A stretch of 64,000 bases of DNA from Vicinamibacterales bacterium (lineage in GTDB: Bacteria > Acidobacteriota > Vicinamibacteria > Vicinamibacterales > SCN-69-37), in assembly GCA_035606665.1 (NCBI GenBank), contig DATNEY010000034.1, forward strand, positions 84,479 to 148,478. Direction: 5' to 3'. Made by a program: the position numbers and the translations under genes. The notes below the pieces were generated by a model. It saw nothing but the letters and a program-made list of their open reading frames with translations, made no database searches and had not been told where the DNA came from. Of the stretch, positions 10,238 through 19,275 are shown in pieces (the stretch's first letter is position 1; every line of letters begins with the position of its first letter).

Positions 10238-10893
10238 AGCGACTGCGCCTCCTCTTCCAGTTCACCCAGTACACGCCCCAGGTGCAGTCTTCCTGCTTCT
10301 ATCTCCTCGTCGCCCGCGCCAGTCGGGATCTCGATCGGCGCGCCGACGGCAATCGCGAGGCGCGCGCCCGGCTTGGGCACCTGGTGGCGGTCCCAACTCT
10401 TCACGGTCCAGTAGCGATCGGCTTCGATGTGAAACGGCACGATGGGATGGCCTGTCGCGCTGGCGAGCCATACGGCTCCGGGCTGGACGACGCGGGCCGG
10501 CCCGCGTGGTCCGTCAACCGTGAACGCCGCCGGATAACCGTCAGTCACTTCCCGTCTGAGCTGAGCAAGCGCTCTGGCGCCACCCCGCGACGTCGATCCG
10601 CGCGCGGCGTGATAGCCGAAACGCCGCATCAACTGCGCGACCCACTCGCCGTCGAAGTTCTCGCTCGTCATCGCGACAACGCCGCGATCCCGGAAGTACA
10701 GCGTGGCGCCGAGGATCCGGCCGTGCCACAGCGCGAGGATCGGCTGGCGCCCCTGCCGCCGCACACGTGCGAGATGCTCAGTGCCGCATTCACGCCAGCT
10801 GTAAGTGCTGCCGAGCGCCTCGATGACGGGCACGCCGATCGTTGCGATAGCCGTCGCCTTGAACTGGCGCCACGGCGTGAGCCGGGAGGTCAC
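10228..10893 (-). CDS. DUF374 / lysophospholipid acyltransferase-like protein
   Basis: ILALWHGRILGATLYFRDRGVVAMTSENFDGEWVAQLMRRFGYHAARGSTSRGGARAL resembles the DUF374 family. GTG start overlapping the ETF-QO stop. Confidence 0.6.
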   Translation of the reverse strand: MTSRLTPWRQFKATAIATIGVPVIEALGSTYSWRECGTEHLARVRRQGRQPILALWHGRILGATLYFRDRGVVAMTSENFDGEWVAQLMRRFGYHAARGSTSRGGARALAQLRREVTDGYPAAFTVDGPRGPARVVQPGAVWLASATGHPIVPFHIEADRYWTVKSWDRHQVPKPGARLAIAVGAPIEIPTGAGDEEIEAGRLHLGRVLGELEEEAQSLCS

Positions 10894-12560
10894 AGGCCTT
10901 CGTACTGCGGACCCTCGCCGCCCTCAGGCGGCACCCAATCGATGATCTGGTACGGATCCATGATGTCGCACGTCTTGCAGTGAACGCAGTTCGACGCGTT
11001 GATGTGCAGTTTCTTCGTGCCGTCCCCGTTGTCGACCATCTCGTAGACCGCCGCGGGACAGAAGCGCGTGCACGGATTCCCGTATTCGACCGTACAGCGC
11101 GTCCGGCAGATGTCCGTGTCGTGAACGATCAGATGCGACGGCTGGTCTTCCAGATGACGCGTCCCGGAGTAATGGACGTTGGTCGCGCGGTCGAACGTCA
11201 ACTCGCGATCGATTTTCACAGGCTCGACAGGCGTGTCGGGCGGCGGCGGATTGCCGTTGTAGTAGTCCGCCAGCTTCTCGATGCGCTCGTAGCCGGCATG
11301 GGAAGGCATCGGATCCTTGAGCCACCAGCCGCCGGTCACGAGCGAAAGACCGGAATACATGAGGCCCGCGAGCAGGCCGTGGCCGAACGCCTGATGAACG
11401 TTGCGAACGGGATACAGCTCGCGGCGAATCGGGCTGGACTCGAGCCGGGTCTGGTACGCGGCGAGCTTCGCCGCGCTGACGTCGCCGGCGTGCACCGCCT
11501 CGAAGGCGGTCTCGGCGGCGAGCATCCCTGTCCGCATCGCGAGATGAATGCCCTTGAGCCGCATGGAATTCATGAACCCGCCGGCGTCGCCGGCAATGAG
11601 CCCGCCGTCCATGTGCACGCGCGGTACCGTGTGCCAACCGCCCTCCGGAAGGGCCTTGGCGCCGTACCGGACCATCTTTCCGCCGGCCAGGAGACCCGAC
11701 ACGAACGGATGCTGCTTGAACCTCTGGAACGCGAGGTGCGGATCGAACATCGGATCCCGATAGTCGAGGCCGCTCACGAATCCAACGGACACAAGACCAT
11801 CCGGCATGCCGTAGATGAAGGCGCCGCCAAACTCCTCCGGCTTCAGTGGGTATCCCATCGTATGGATGACCGAGCCCGAGCTGAGGCGATCTTTTGGCAC
11901 TTCCCAAAGCTCCTTGATGCCGATCGCGTACGTCTGCGGGAGCTTGCCCTGATCCAGCGCGAGTCTCTTCGTCAGGACCTTCGTGAGATTGCCACGGACG
12001 CCGTCGCAGAAGATCGTGACCTTCGCCCTGACGTCAACGCCAGGCTCGAACGTCGGCTTCTTCTGGCCCTTCTTGTCGATGCCACGATCGCCGGTGCGCA
12101 CGCCGGCGATCTTCGATCCGTCGAACAAGACCTCGGAACCGGCAAATCCACTGAACACGTCGATGCCGCCGGCCGCCTCGACCTGCTCCGCCAGCCACTT
12201 GACGAACCTGTTGATCGAGATGATGTAGTTACCATGATTCTGCAGCGGGGGCGGAATGATCGGAAAGCGCAGCTTCCCCTTTGACGTCAGGAAGTACACA
12301 TCGTCGTGATGAACCGCCGCCGAGAGCGGCGCGCCCTTCTGTTCGAAATCAGGGATGAGGTCGCGCAGCGTGGACGGATCCAGCACCGCGCCGGACAATT
12401 CGTGGGCACCCGGTTCGCGCGCTTTGTCGAGCAGCGCAATCGAGAGTGGCTCACCGCCCCGGGCCTGCTGCAATTGCGACAGCCGGAGGGCCGCTGCCAT
12501 GCCGGCCGGCCCGCCTCCGACGATCAGGATGTCGACGTCCAGCGTCTCGCGTTCGGTCAC
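10890..12560 (-). CDS. Electron-transfer flavoprotein:ubiquinone oxidoreductase (ETF-QO)
   Basis: FAD fold DILIVGGGPAGMAAALRL and C-terminal 4Fe-4S block CTRFCPAAVYE...NCVHCKTCDIMDP. The length of 556 aa is typical. Confidence 0.9.
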   Translation of the reverse strand: MTERETLDVDILIVGGGPAGMAAALRLSQLQQARGGEPLSIALLDKAREPGAHELSGAVLDPSTLRDLIPDFEQKGAPLSAAVHHDDVYFLTSKGKLRFPIIPPPLQNHGNYIISINRFVKWLAEQVEAAGGIDVFSGFAGSEVLFDGSKIAGVRTGDRGIDKKGQKKPTFEPGVDVRAKVTIFCDGVRGNLTKVLTKRLALDQGKLPQTYAIGIKELWEVPKDRLSSGSVIHTMGYPLKPEEFGGAFIYGMPDGLVSVGFVSGLDYRDPMFDPHLAFQRFKQHPFVSGLLAGGKMVRYGAKALPEGGWHTVPRVHMDGGLIAGDAGGFMNSMRLKGIHLAMRTGMLAAETAFEAVHAGDVSAAKLAAYQTRLESSPIRRELYPVRNVHQAFGHGLLAGLMYSGLSLVTGGWWLKDPMPSHAGYERIEKLADYYNGNPPPPDTPVEPVKIDRELTFDRATNVHYSGTRHLEDQPSHLIVHDTDICRTRCTVEYGNPCTRFCPAAVYEMVDNGDGTKKLHINASNCVHCKTCDIMDPYQIIDWVPPEGGEGPQYEGL

Positions 12561-12592
12561 GAACCAGGATCATATCGCGCTACGATTGTTGG

Positions 12593-15500
12593 ATGCGCGA
12601 TCCGCAGCCGGCGACAGCGTCCGCAGACGCGCTCGCGTGGGCGCACCCAATCGTGCGCGAGTGGTTCGTCGCGCGCTTCGGCACGCCCACCGAGCCGCAG
12701 GAGCAGGGCTGGCCGGCAATCCTGGAAGGGACTGACACACTCATTACGGCGCCGACGGGCTCCGGCAAGACGCTCGCGGCGTTCCTCGCCTGTATCGATC
12801 GGCTCGTGCGGCGCGCGCTCGAGGGCACGCTCTCCGACCGTACCTCGGTCCTGTACGTTTCGCCGCTCAAGGCGCTCGGCAACGACATCCAGAAGAACCT
12901 CGATGGGCCGCTGACCGAAATCGTTGCGCTGGCGCGCGCGCGCTTTCCGTCCGTACCGGACATTCGAACAGCCGTTCGGACGGGCGACACGCTCCTGCCA
13001 GACCGCCGTGCCATGATGAGGCGGCCGCCGCACATTCTGGTCACGACGCCGGAATCGCTCTACATCCTCCTGACGTCCGCGAGCGGCCGCGACATGCTGG
13101 CCGGGATCGAAACGGTCATCGTCGACGAGATCCACGCCGTTGCCGACGACAAGCGGGGAGCGCACCTGGCGCTGTCGCTGGAGCGCCTCGACGCGCTCGT
13201 CGGCCGTGGGGTTCCGCGCATCGGCCTGTCGGCCACGGTGACGCCGATCGAGACGATCGCGGCGTTCCTGGCCGGTGGCGGCCGTCCGCGGCCGCACCTC
13301 GTGCAGATCGCCCGCCGCCGTGAATTCGACTTGTCCATCGAGGTGCCGCCGAGCGAGATCGCCGCGGTCGCGACGCACGAGTACTGGGACGAGATCTACG
13401 ATCGCGTCGCCGCCCTCGTGCGCCAGCACCGCTCCACGCTGGTATTTGTGAACACCCGGCGCGTCGCGGAGCGGGTCTGTCATCACCTCGGGACACGCCT
13501 CGGCGAGGACGTCGTCGCCGCGCACCACGGCAGTCTCTCGCGCAAGACCCGGCTCGAGGCCGAGCAACGGCTCAAAGCGGGCCAACTCAAGGCCGTCGTC
13601 GCGACGGCCTCGCTCGAGCTCGGCATCGACGTCGGGACGATCGACCTGGTCTGCCAGATCGGATCCCCGCGGTCGATCGCCGTCGCGGTCCAGCGGGTCG
13701 GCCGGGCGGGACACTGGCGGGGCGCGACGCCGAAGGCGCGGCTGTTCCCAGCCACTCGGGATGATCTCGTCGAACAGGCCGCGCTCGTGCTCGCGATCCG
13801 CCGCGGCGAACTCGATCGGGTGATCGTCCCCGACGCGCCGCTGGACATACTGTCGCAACAGATCGTGGCCACCGTCGCCACAGGCGAGTGGCTTGAAGAC
13901 GACTTGTTCGCGCTCGCCCGCCGTGCGTATCCCTATCGCGACCTTCCCCGCGATGATTTCGATGATGTGGTGGCGGTGTTGTCGGAGGGTATCGCGGCAA
14001 GGCGCGGGCGCTACGGTGCGTACCTCCATCGCGACCGGGTGAATGGCCGGCTGAAGCCGAGACGCGGCGCCCGCCTCGCGGCCATTACCGGCGGCGGCGC
14101 GATTCCGGACACCGCGCTCTACACCGTCGTCACGCATCCTGAAGGCACGACGGTCGGCACGGTCGACGAAGACTTCGCGGTTGAGAGCACGGGTGGCGAC
14201 ATCTTCCTGCTCGGCAACGCGTCCTGGAGAATTCGCCGCGTCACTTCCGGGCGGGTGATCGTCGAGGACGCGCGCGGCGCCTCACCGACGATACCGTTCT
14301 GGCGCGGCGAAGCCCCGTCGCGCACGATCGAGCTCTCCGCACGAGTCGCCGAGGTCCGCGAGACGGTCAACCGGCTCGCGCCGGAGGCGCGGCCCGAGGA
14401 CGCAGCGCACCGCGCGCCCACCACTACAGCGGCCGTCGACTGGCTCCACGAGAACTGCGGACTCGACTCGTCGGGCGCCGAGCAGGTCGTGGACTACATC
14501 GTCGCGGGACGCGCGGTTCTCGGTGGCGTTCCGACGCAGGCGCGCGTGATTGCCGAGCGGTTCTTCGATGAAGGCGGCGGGATGCAGCTGGTGCTGCACG
14601 CGCCGTTCGGCGGACGAATCAACCGCGCCTGGGGCCTCGCGCTCCGCAAGCGGTTCTGCCGGTCGTTCAACTTCGAGCTGCAGGCCGCGGCGACGGACGA
14701 GGGCATCAACATCGCGCTCGCCGAGCAGCACAGCTTCCCGCTGGGTGACGTCTTCCGATTCCTCAGCGTGGCGAGCGTACAGGACGTGCTCGAGCAGGCC
14801 GTGTTGGACGCGCCGGTGTTCGGAACGCGGTTCCGATGGGACGCGAGCCGGTCGCTCGCGCTGACGCGCTTCCGCGGCGGCAAGCGCGTGCCGCTGCCGA
14901 TCCAGCGCATTCAGTCGGACGATCTGCTTGCGTCCGTGTTCCCCGACGCCGCCGCCTGTCAGGAGAACATCGAGGGTGACATCAAGATTCCCGACCATCC
15001 CCTGATCCGGGAGGTGATGAAGGACGTGCTCACCGAAGCCATGGATCTCGATGGATTGAAAGAGGTTCTGGACGGCATCTCATCCGGGCGCATCGAGTGC
15101 CTCTCTGTCGACTCGGTAACCCCTTCCCCGTTCTGTCACGAGCTGCTGAATGCGAATCCGTACGCCTTCCTGGATGACGCGCCACTCGAAGAGCGCCGGG
15201 CGCGATCGGTGCAGATGCGGCGCGTCCTGCCGGAGAAAGCCCTCGAGGAGATCGGCGCCCTCGATGAGGACGCCATCGCCGAGGTCTGCAGCCAGGCCTG
15301 GCCGGATGTTCGCGACGCCGACGAAGTCCATGACGCGCTGCTCAGCCTCGTCGCACTTCCAGAGCTTGACGCGGCGGCATGGCTGCCGATGCTCGAATCG
15401 CTGGCGACCGCACGCCGTGCGGCCCGGGCGACTGCCGGAGGGCGAACGTGGTGGGTCGCCGCTGAACGGGTCGCGATACTGCGAGCGATTGTTCCAGGAC

Positions 15501-16900
15501 TCGATGTTGACCGGCCGCTTCCCGACGTGCCGCACGAAGAGCTCGCCGGCACGTCGGCTCTCACGCGGCTCGTCCAGGGCTGGATGCAGCACATCGGGCC
15601 GGTGCGAGCGGACGAACTCGCCGCACGGCTGGGATTCGACGCCGGTGACGTCCACGAGAGCATGCTGAGGCTCGAAGCGACAGGCGCGGTGCTGCGAGGG
15701 ACGTTCAGGCCGGCGATCAAGTTCGAAGTTCAAAGTTCGAAGTTGGAATGGTGTGACAGGCGACTCCTGGCACGCATCCATGCGCTGACGCTCGGCCGGC
15801 TGCGCCGTGAGATCGAGCCCGTCACGCCTGCGACGCTGATGCGATGGCTCTTCGAGTGGCAGCACATCGCACCGGGCTCTCAACTCACGGGCGAACGTGG
15901 GACGCTTGAGATCCTACGGCAGTTGCAGGGCTTCGAAACACCGGCGCGCTGGTGGGAGCCTGCCCTGCTCGCCCGGCGCATCAGAAACTACGACCCGGCG
16001 ATTCTCGATCAGCTGTGTCTCACCGGCGCGATCGGATGGGGCCGGCTGTCGCCGCATCCGGCGACGCTCGCGCTCGCCACGGACGACGGCCAGCCCGCAA
16101 CAAAGCGCCGCGTCATCCCAACCAGCGTCGCACCGGTGACGTTCTTCGTGCGCGAAGACGCGGACTGGCTGGCGCCGCGATCGGCACCGGACGCCGGCAC
16201 GCCGGGTCTCGGGCGGCCTGCCCGACTCGTCTTGGACCATCTGCAGAAGTCCGGCGCGTCGTTCTTCGCGGATCTCGTTCGTCAGACAAGATTGCTCAAG
16301 TCAGAGGTGGAAGGCGCGCTTTGGGAACTCGTGACCGCCGGCCTGGCCACGGCGGACGGCTTCGACAATTTGAGAGCACTGATCGACCCGAGACGCCGTG
16401 CCGGCCAGGGATCGGGCAAGGCTTCTCGTCCCCGCCACAGCGCGGGCCGCTGGACCGTGCTTCACGCGGGCGAGCCACCGGCGCGCGCCGCGCAGCTCGA
16501 GTCCACGTGCCGCATGCTGCTCGCGCGCTACGGCGTCGTCTTCCGCGAGTTGTTGGCGCGCGAGTCCGTGCTGCCGCCCTGGCGAGAATTGCTGGTGACG
16601 TTCCGGCGGCTTGAGGATCGAGGAGAGGTCCGTGGCGGGCGGTTCGTTTCGACGTTCGTCGGCGAGCAGTTCGCGCTGCCGGCCGCGGTCGAGTCGCTTC
16701 GCTCGCTGCGGAAGGCCGGTCCGTCCGGTCAGGTCGTGACGGTCAGCGGCGCTGACCCCTTGAATCTCGTCGGCATCATCGTCCCCGGCGATCGCGTGCC
16801 GCCGACCGGCAACCGTTTCATCCGTTTCCGTGACGGTGTCCCCGAAGACGGAATGCCAGTAGTCGGCGGCCTTCAGGCCGCCGGACGCGCGGCGGGCTGA
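12593..16900 (+). CDS. lhr: Lhr-family large ATP-dependent DEAD/DEAH helicase
   Basis: TAPTGSGKTLAAFL (motif I), IVDEIHAV (motif II) and the long C-terminal extension typical of Lhr. The start is moved to ATG 12593 (MRDPQPAT...). Confidence 0.9.
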   Translation: MRDPQPATASADALAWAHPIVREWFVARFGTPTEPQEQGWPAILEGTDTLITAPTGSGKTLAAFLACIDRLVRRALEGTLSDRTSVLYVSPLKALGNDIQKNLDGPLTEIVALARARFPSVPDIRTAVRTGDTLLPDRRAMMRRPPHILVTTPESLYILLTSASGRDMLAGIETVIVDEIHAVADDKRGAHLALSLERLDALVGRGVPRIGLSATVTPIETIAAFLAGGGRPRPHLVQIARRREFDLSIEVPPSEIAAVATHEYWDEIYDRVAALVRQHRSTLVFVNTRRVAERVCHHLGTRLGEDVVAAHHGSLSRKTRLEAEQRLKAGQLKAVVATASLELGIDVGTIDLVCQIGSPRSIAVAVQRVGRAGHWRGATPKARLFPATRDDLVEQAALVLAIRRGELDRVIVPDAPLDILSQQIVATVATGEWLEDDLFALARRAYPYRDLPRDDFDDVVAVLSEGIAARRGRYGAYLHRDRVNGRLKPRRGARLAAITGGGAIPDTALYTVVTHPEGTTVGTVDEDFAVESTGGDIFLLGNASWRIRRVTSGRVIVEDARGASPTIPFWRGEAPSRTIELSARVAEVRETVNRLAPEARPEDAAHRAPTTTAAVDWLHENCGLDSSGAEQVVDYIVAGRAVLGGVPTQARVIAERFFDEGGGMQLVLHAPFGGRINRAWGLALRKRFCRSFNFELQAAATDEGINIALAEQHSFPLGDVFRFLSVASVQDVLEQAVLDAPVFGTRFRWDASRSLALTRFRGGKRVPLPIQRIQSDDLLASVFPDAAACQENIEGDIKIPDHPLIREVMKDVLTEAMDLDGLKEVLDGISSGRIECLSVDSVTPSPFCHELLNANPYAFLDDAPLEERRARSVQMRRVLPEKALEEIGALDEDAIAEVCSQAWPDVRDADEVHDALLSLVALPELDAAAWLPMLESLATARRAARATAGGRTWWVAAERVAILRAIVPGLDVDRPLPDVPHEELAGTSALTRLVQGWMQHIGPVRADELAARLGFDAGDVHESMLRLEATGAVLRGTFRPAIKFEVQSSKLEWCDRRLLARIHALTLGRLRREIEPVTPATLMRWLFEWQHIAPGSQLTGERGTLEILRQLQGFETPARWWEPALLARRIRNYDPAILDQLCLTGAIGWGRLSPHPATLALATDDGQPATKRRVIPTSVAPVTFFVREDADWLAPRSAPDAGTPGLGRPARLVLDHLQKSGASFFADLVRQTRLLKSEVEGALWELVTAGLATADGFDNLRALIDPRRRAGQGSGKASRPRHSAGRWTVLHAGEPPARAAQLESTCRMLLARYGVVFRELLARESVLPPWRELLVTFRRLEDRGEVRGGRFVSTFVGEQFALPAAVESLRSLRKAGPSGQVVTVSGADPLNLVGIIVPGDRVPPTGNRFIRFRDGVPEDGMPVVGGLQAAGRAAG
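15719..15748. repeat. TTCGAAC-family heptad repeat lying in frame inside lhr
   Basis: AAGTTCGAAGTTCAAAGTTCGAAGTTGGAA encodes KFEVQSSKLE. Its reverse complement shares 18-20 nt identical strings with the intergenic copies at 21819..21850 and 23891..23912. Confidence 0.8.
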
Positions 16901-16919
16901 AGCCCGCCGCCTGCCGAAA

Positions 16920-17420
16920 TCACCCCGCGAGCTTGAGCAGCCTCGGCAGGTCGTGTAACTCCTTCGCGAGCCTTGCCTGTTGCCGGCGCCAGAACGCAAA
17001 CCGCGCCGCCATCGTGCGCATCATCGCCGCGCGCGTGTGATCCGAGTTGTGCCGTGCCGCTTGGCCGTAAAAGCCGGCCCCGAGCGTGCCGTACCAGTCA
17101 ACATTGTGACGATCCGCGCACTGCGCGCCGAAGAACCCGGTCAGCAGCAGGCACTGCGAGCCCGCGGCTTCCATGATGGCCGGATCGGTGTGCTGGCTGC
17201 GATCCAGCACGTAAAGATTGAACACGGCGGCGAGGGACGTGGGCGTCCCAGGGAACTCCAGCGACGCCGTTGACGTAGTCGCAAAGTGGGCCAGCACGCT
17301 CGCGTTGTAGAGCACTTCGCTCTCCGGCGCGTCATCGAGCTCGCTCACATCGCGCAGGTGCTCGAAGAAGAAACGGAGCGCCTGCCCGTTGGTGACGGCC
17401 AGCCATGGTTGCGTATCCAT
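16920..17420 (-). CDS. Hypothetical protein (166 aa)
   Basis: ATG 17420 is preceded by AGGAGG. The upstream part of the ORF-track frame is Arg/Ser-rich and runs through the repeat element. I recognise no motif. Confidence 0.55.
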   Translation of the reverse strand: MDTQPWLAVTNGQALRFFFEHLRDVSELDDAPESEVLYNASVLAHFATTSTASLEFPGTPTSLAAVFNLYVLDRSQHTDPAIMEAAGSQCLLLTGFFGAQCADRHNVDWYGTLGAGFYGQAARHNSDHTRAAMMRTMAARFAFWRRQQARLAKELHDLPRLLKLAG

Positions 17421-17499
17421 GAGTCCCCTCCTGATGCATCGGCATCTCGGCCCGCCGGCTGCAGTGTGTGACTGCAAGGGCCGTTCCGTTGAGGGACTC
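17421..17499 (-). promoter_or_regulatory. Possible SD-occluding leader structure of the 16920..17420 gene
   Basis: On the - strand RNA, GAGUCCCUC (from 17499..17491) can pair with GAGGGGACUC (17430..17421). The latter overlaps the AGGAGG Shine-Dalgarno and abuts the AUG. Confidence 0.3.
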
Positions 17500-17572
17500 A
17501 GGCGGAGACGCGCAACCAACCGGTTCGGGGCGCGCGCCGTCCTATTGACATCGCAGGAATTGGAGCCAGGAC

Positions 17573-17677
17573 ATGATTCGACGACTACGCGACTTTGAAT
17601 GGACGTTCTCGAACACGGCGGAAGGCGCCACGGCGGTGATGCTCGCCGCGGCGATCGTCCTCGCCCTCTTCGCCTAG
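17573..17677 (+). CDS. Possible 34-aa small membrane peptide
   Basis: MIRRLRDFEWTFSNTAEGATAVMLAAAIVLALFA, too short for the ORF track. GGAG lies 8 nt upstream and third positions in the hydrophobic half are G/C-rich. It ends directly at the repeat hairpin. No homology is known to me. Confidence 0.3.
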   Translation: MIRRLRDFEWTFSNTAEGATAVMLAAAIVLALFA

Positions 17678-17760
17678 ACAACCTTAGGAAACCTACAACC
17701 GACAACCTACAACCAACAAATCAACCGAACTGCAGGTTGCAGGTTGTCGGTTGCAGGTTG
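17678..17760. repeat. CAACCTR-family palindromic element (copy 2)
   Basis: AACCTACAACCGACAACCTACAACC (17690..17714) pairs with GGTTGCAGGTTGTCGGTTGCAGGTT (17735..17759) over 25 positions. The only two exceptions are A opposite C on the + strand. Confidence 0.8.
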
Positions 17761-17832
17761 CTCTGGAACTAATCGCACATCGCCGGTGTCTTTCTAGGCA
17801 GCACCACGCTCGCTCTCCACGGGAGGTCAGCG

Positions 17833-18240
17833 ATGAAGCCGCTGCGCAGCTACTCGGACATGAACGTCATGCCGCTGATCGACGTGCTGCTCGTTCTCCT
17901 CGTGATCTTTCTCGCGGCCCTGCCGCTCGCCCAGGCGGGCCTGGACGTGGAGGTTCCGCCGGTCGCCGAGCAGCGGCCCGGCAATGAACCCACCTCGGAC
18001 ATCGTCGCGACCTATTCAGCGAACCGCCAGCTCGAAATCAACCGCCGACCTGTCGACATGGCGGCGGCCGACGCGGAGTTCAGGAGTATCTACCGCGACC
18101 GCCGGAACAAAACGCTCTACGTCATCGGCGACGGCACGGTGACCTATGGCGAGATCGCCCGGATCATCGACGCCGCCACGGGCGCGGGCGTGACACGGAT
18201 CGGGATTGTGACTGAAGAGATGAGACGAGCAGCTCGTTAG
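17833..18240 (+). CDS. exbD: Biopolymer transport protein ExbD/TolR
   Basis: MNVMPLIDVLLVLLVIFL...TLYVIGDGTVTYGEIARIIDAATGAGVTRIGIV is the canonical ExbD/TolR pattern. GGGAGG Shine-Dalgarno. Confidence 0.85.
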   Translation: MKPLRSYSDMNVMPLIDVLLVLLVIFLAALPLAQAGLDVEVPPVAEQRPGNEPTSDIVATYSANRQLEINRRPVDMAAADAEFRSIYRDRRNKTLYVIGDGTVTYGEIARIIDAATGAGVTRIGIVTEEMRRAAR

Positions 18241-18315
18241 CAACCTACAACCAACAAGCGAGTTCACGGAAACGGCTCCGTGCCCCATTGCAGGCTGCAG
18301 GTTGTAGGTTGCAGG
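18241..18315. repeat. CAACCTR-family palindromic element (copy 3); between convergent exbD and etfA
   Basis: CAACCTACAACC (18241..18252) and GGTTGTAGGTTG (18300..18311) form a perfect 12-bp stem. An inner hairpin CACGGA-AACGGC-TCCGTG lies at 18265..18282. Confidence 0.75.
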
Positions 18316-19275
18316 TTACTGTTTGAGTGCCGAGATCATCGCCGGGACGATCTCGAACAGATCCCCCGCGATGCCGTAGTCGGCGATTTCGAAGATCGGC
18401 GCCTCGGGATCCTTGTTGATGGCCACGATCGTCCGCGCGCCTTTCATGCCGACGACGTGCTGGATGGCGCCGGAAATGCCCAGTGCCAGATAGAGCTTCG
18501 GCGCGACGGTCTGGCCGGAGCTGCCGATCTGGCGCTCCATCGGCAGCCAGCCTGAATCGCAAATCGGACGCGACGCAGCCAGTTCGGCCCCAAGCGAGGC
18601 GGCAAGCTCGCGCGCGATGGCGATGTGTTCCTCGGACTTGATGCCCCGGCCGACCGACACGATGCGTTCCGCCTGCGACAGGTCGACGGCCTGCTTCGCT
18701 TCGCGGAAGGGTGCTTCGGGCTTCTGACGGATGGAGGCGGGATCGACGGAGGCGGCCACGGATCGAACGGGCGCAGGCTGCGCGCCCCTCTTCGCGGCAT
18801 CGCCACGGAATGCGCCAATCTGGAACGTCACGAGATGCGGCGCCGGCCCTTCGAGGGCGATGTCGGCGTTGACGCGGCCCTGGAAGATCGGCCTGACGAA
18901 GAGACGCGCCGACGAGTCGCCCTTGGTGCCGATGCAGTCGGCCGCCAGCGCCCGATCGATGCGCGCGGCGAGCCGGGGAGCGTAGTCACGAGTCTGGTAC
19001 GTGTGGGAGAACACGACGTGCGACGGCGACTCGGCGGCGATGAGGCCGGCGAGCGCCTGCACGAAACCGTCCGGCGTGTAGACCGCCAGGCCCTCGTGCT
19101 CGAGCGAGATGACCTCGGCGACGTCCGCCGCCGCGAGCTCGGCAGCGACTGCGCCGACACCTGCGCCGGCCACGGCGATCTTCACGGGGCCGCCAAGCTG
19201 CTGGGCCGCGGCCACGGCCTCCCACGACGCCCGGTTCAGAACGCCGTCACGCTGTTCCGCGATCACGAGGACCAT
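18316..19275 (-). CDS. etfA: Electron transfer flavoprotein alpha subunit
   Basis: [21 protein letters not shown]... and C-terminal ...[37 protein letters not shown]. The start is moved to ATG 19275, which overlaps the etfB TGA. Confidence 0.9.
   Translation of the reverse strand: MVLVIAEQRDGVLNRASWEAVAAAQQLGGPVKIAVAGAGVGAVAAELAAADVAEVISLEHEGLAVYTPDGFVQALAGLIAAESPSHVVFSHTYQTRDYAPRLAARIDRALAADCIGTKGDSSARLFVRPIFQGRVNADIALEGPAPHLVTFQIGAFRGDAAKRGAQPAPVRSVAASVDPASIRQKPEAPFREAKQAVDLSQAERIVSVGRGIKSEEHIAIARELAASLGAELAASRPICDSGWLPMERQIGSSGQTVAPKLYLALGISGAIQHVVGMKGARTIVAINKDPEAPIFEIADYGIAGDLFEIVPAMISALKQ

Noticed and set aside
17545-17550. TTGACA hexamer as a -35 box for the 34-codon mini-ORF or exbD.
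   Set aside because: The sequence 17 nt downstream (AGGACA) is not a plausible -10, and a transcript starting there would have almost no leader.
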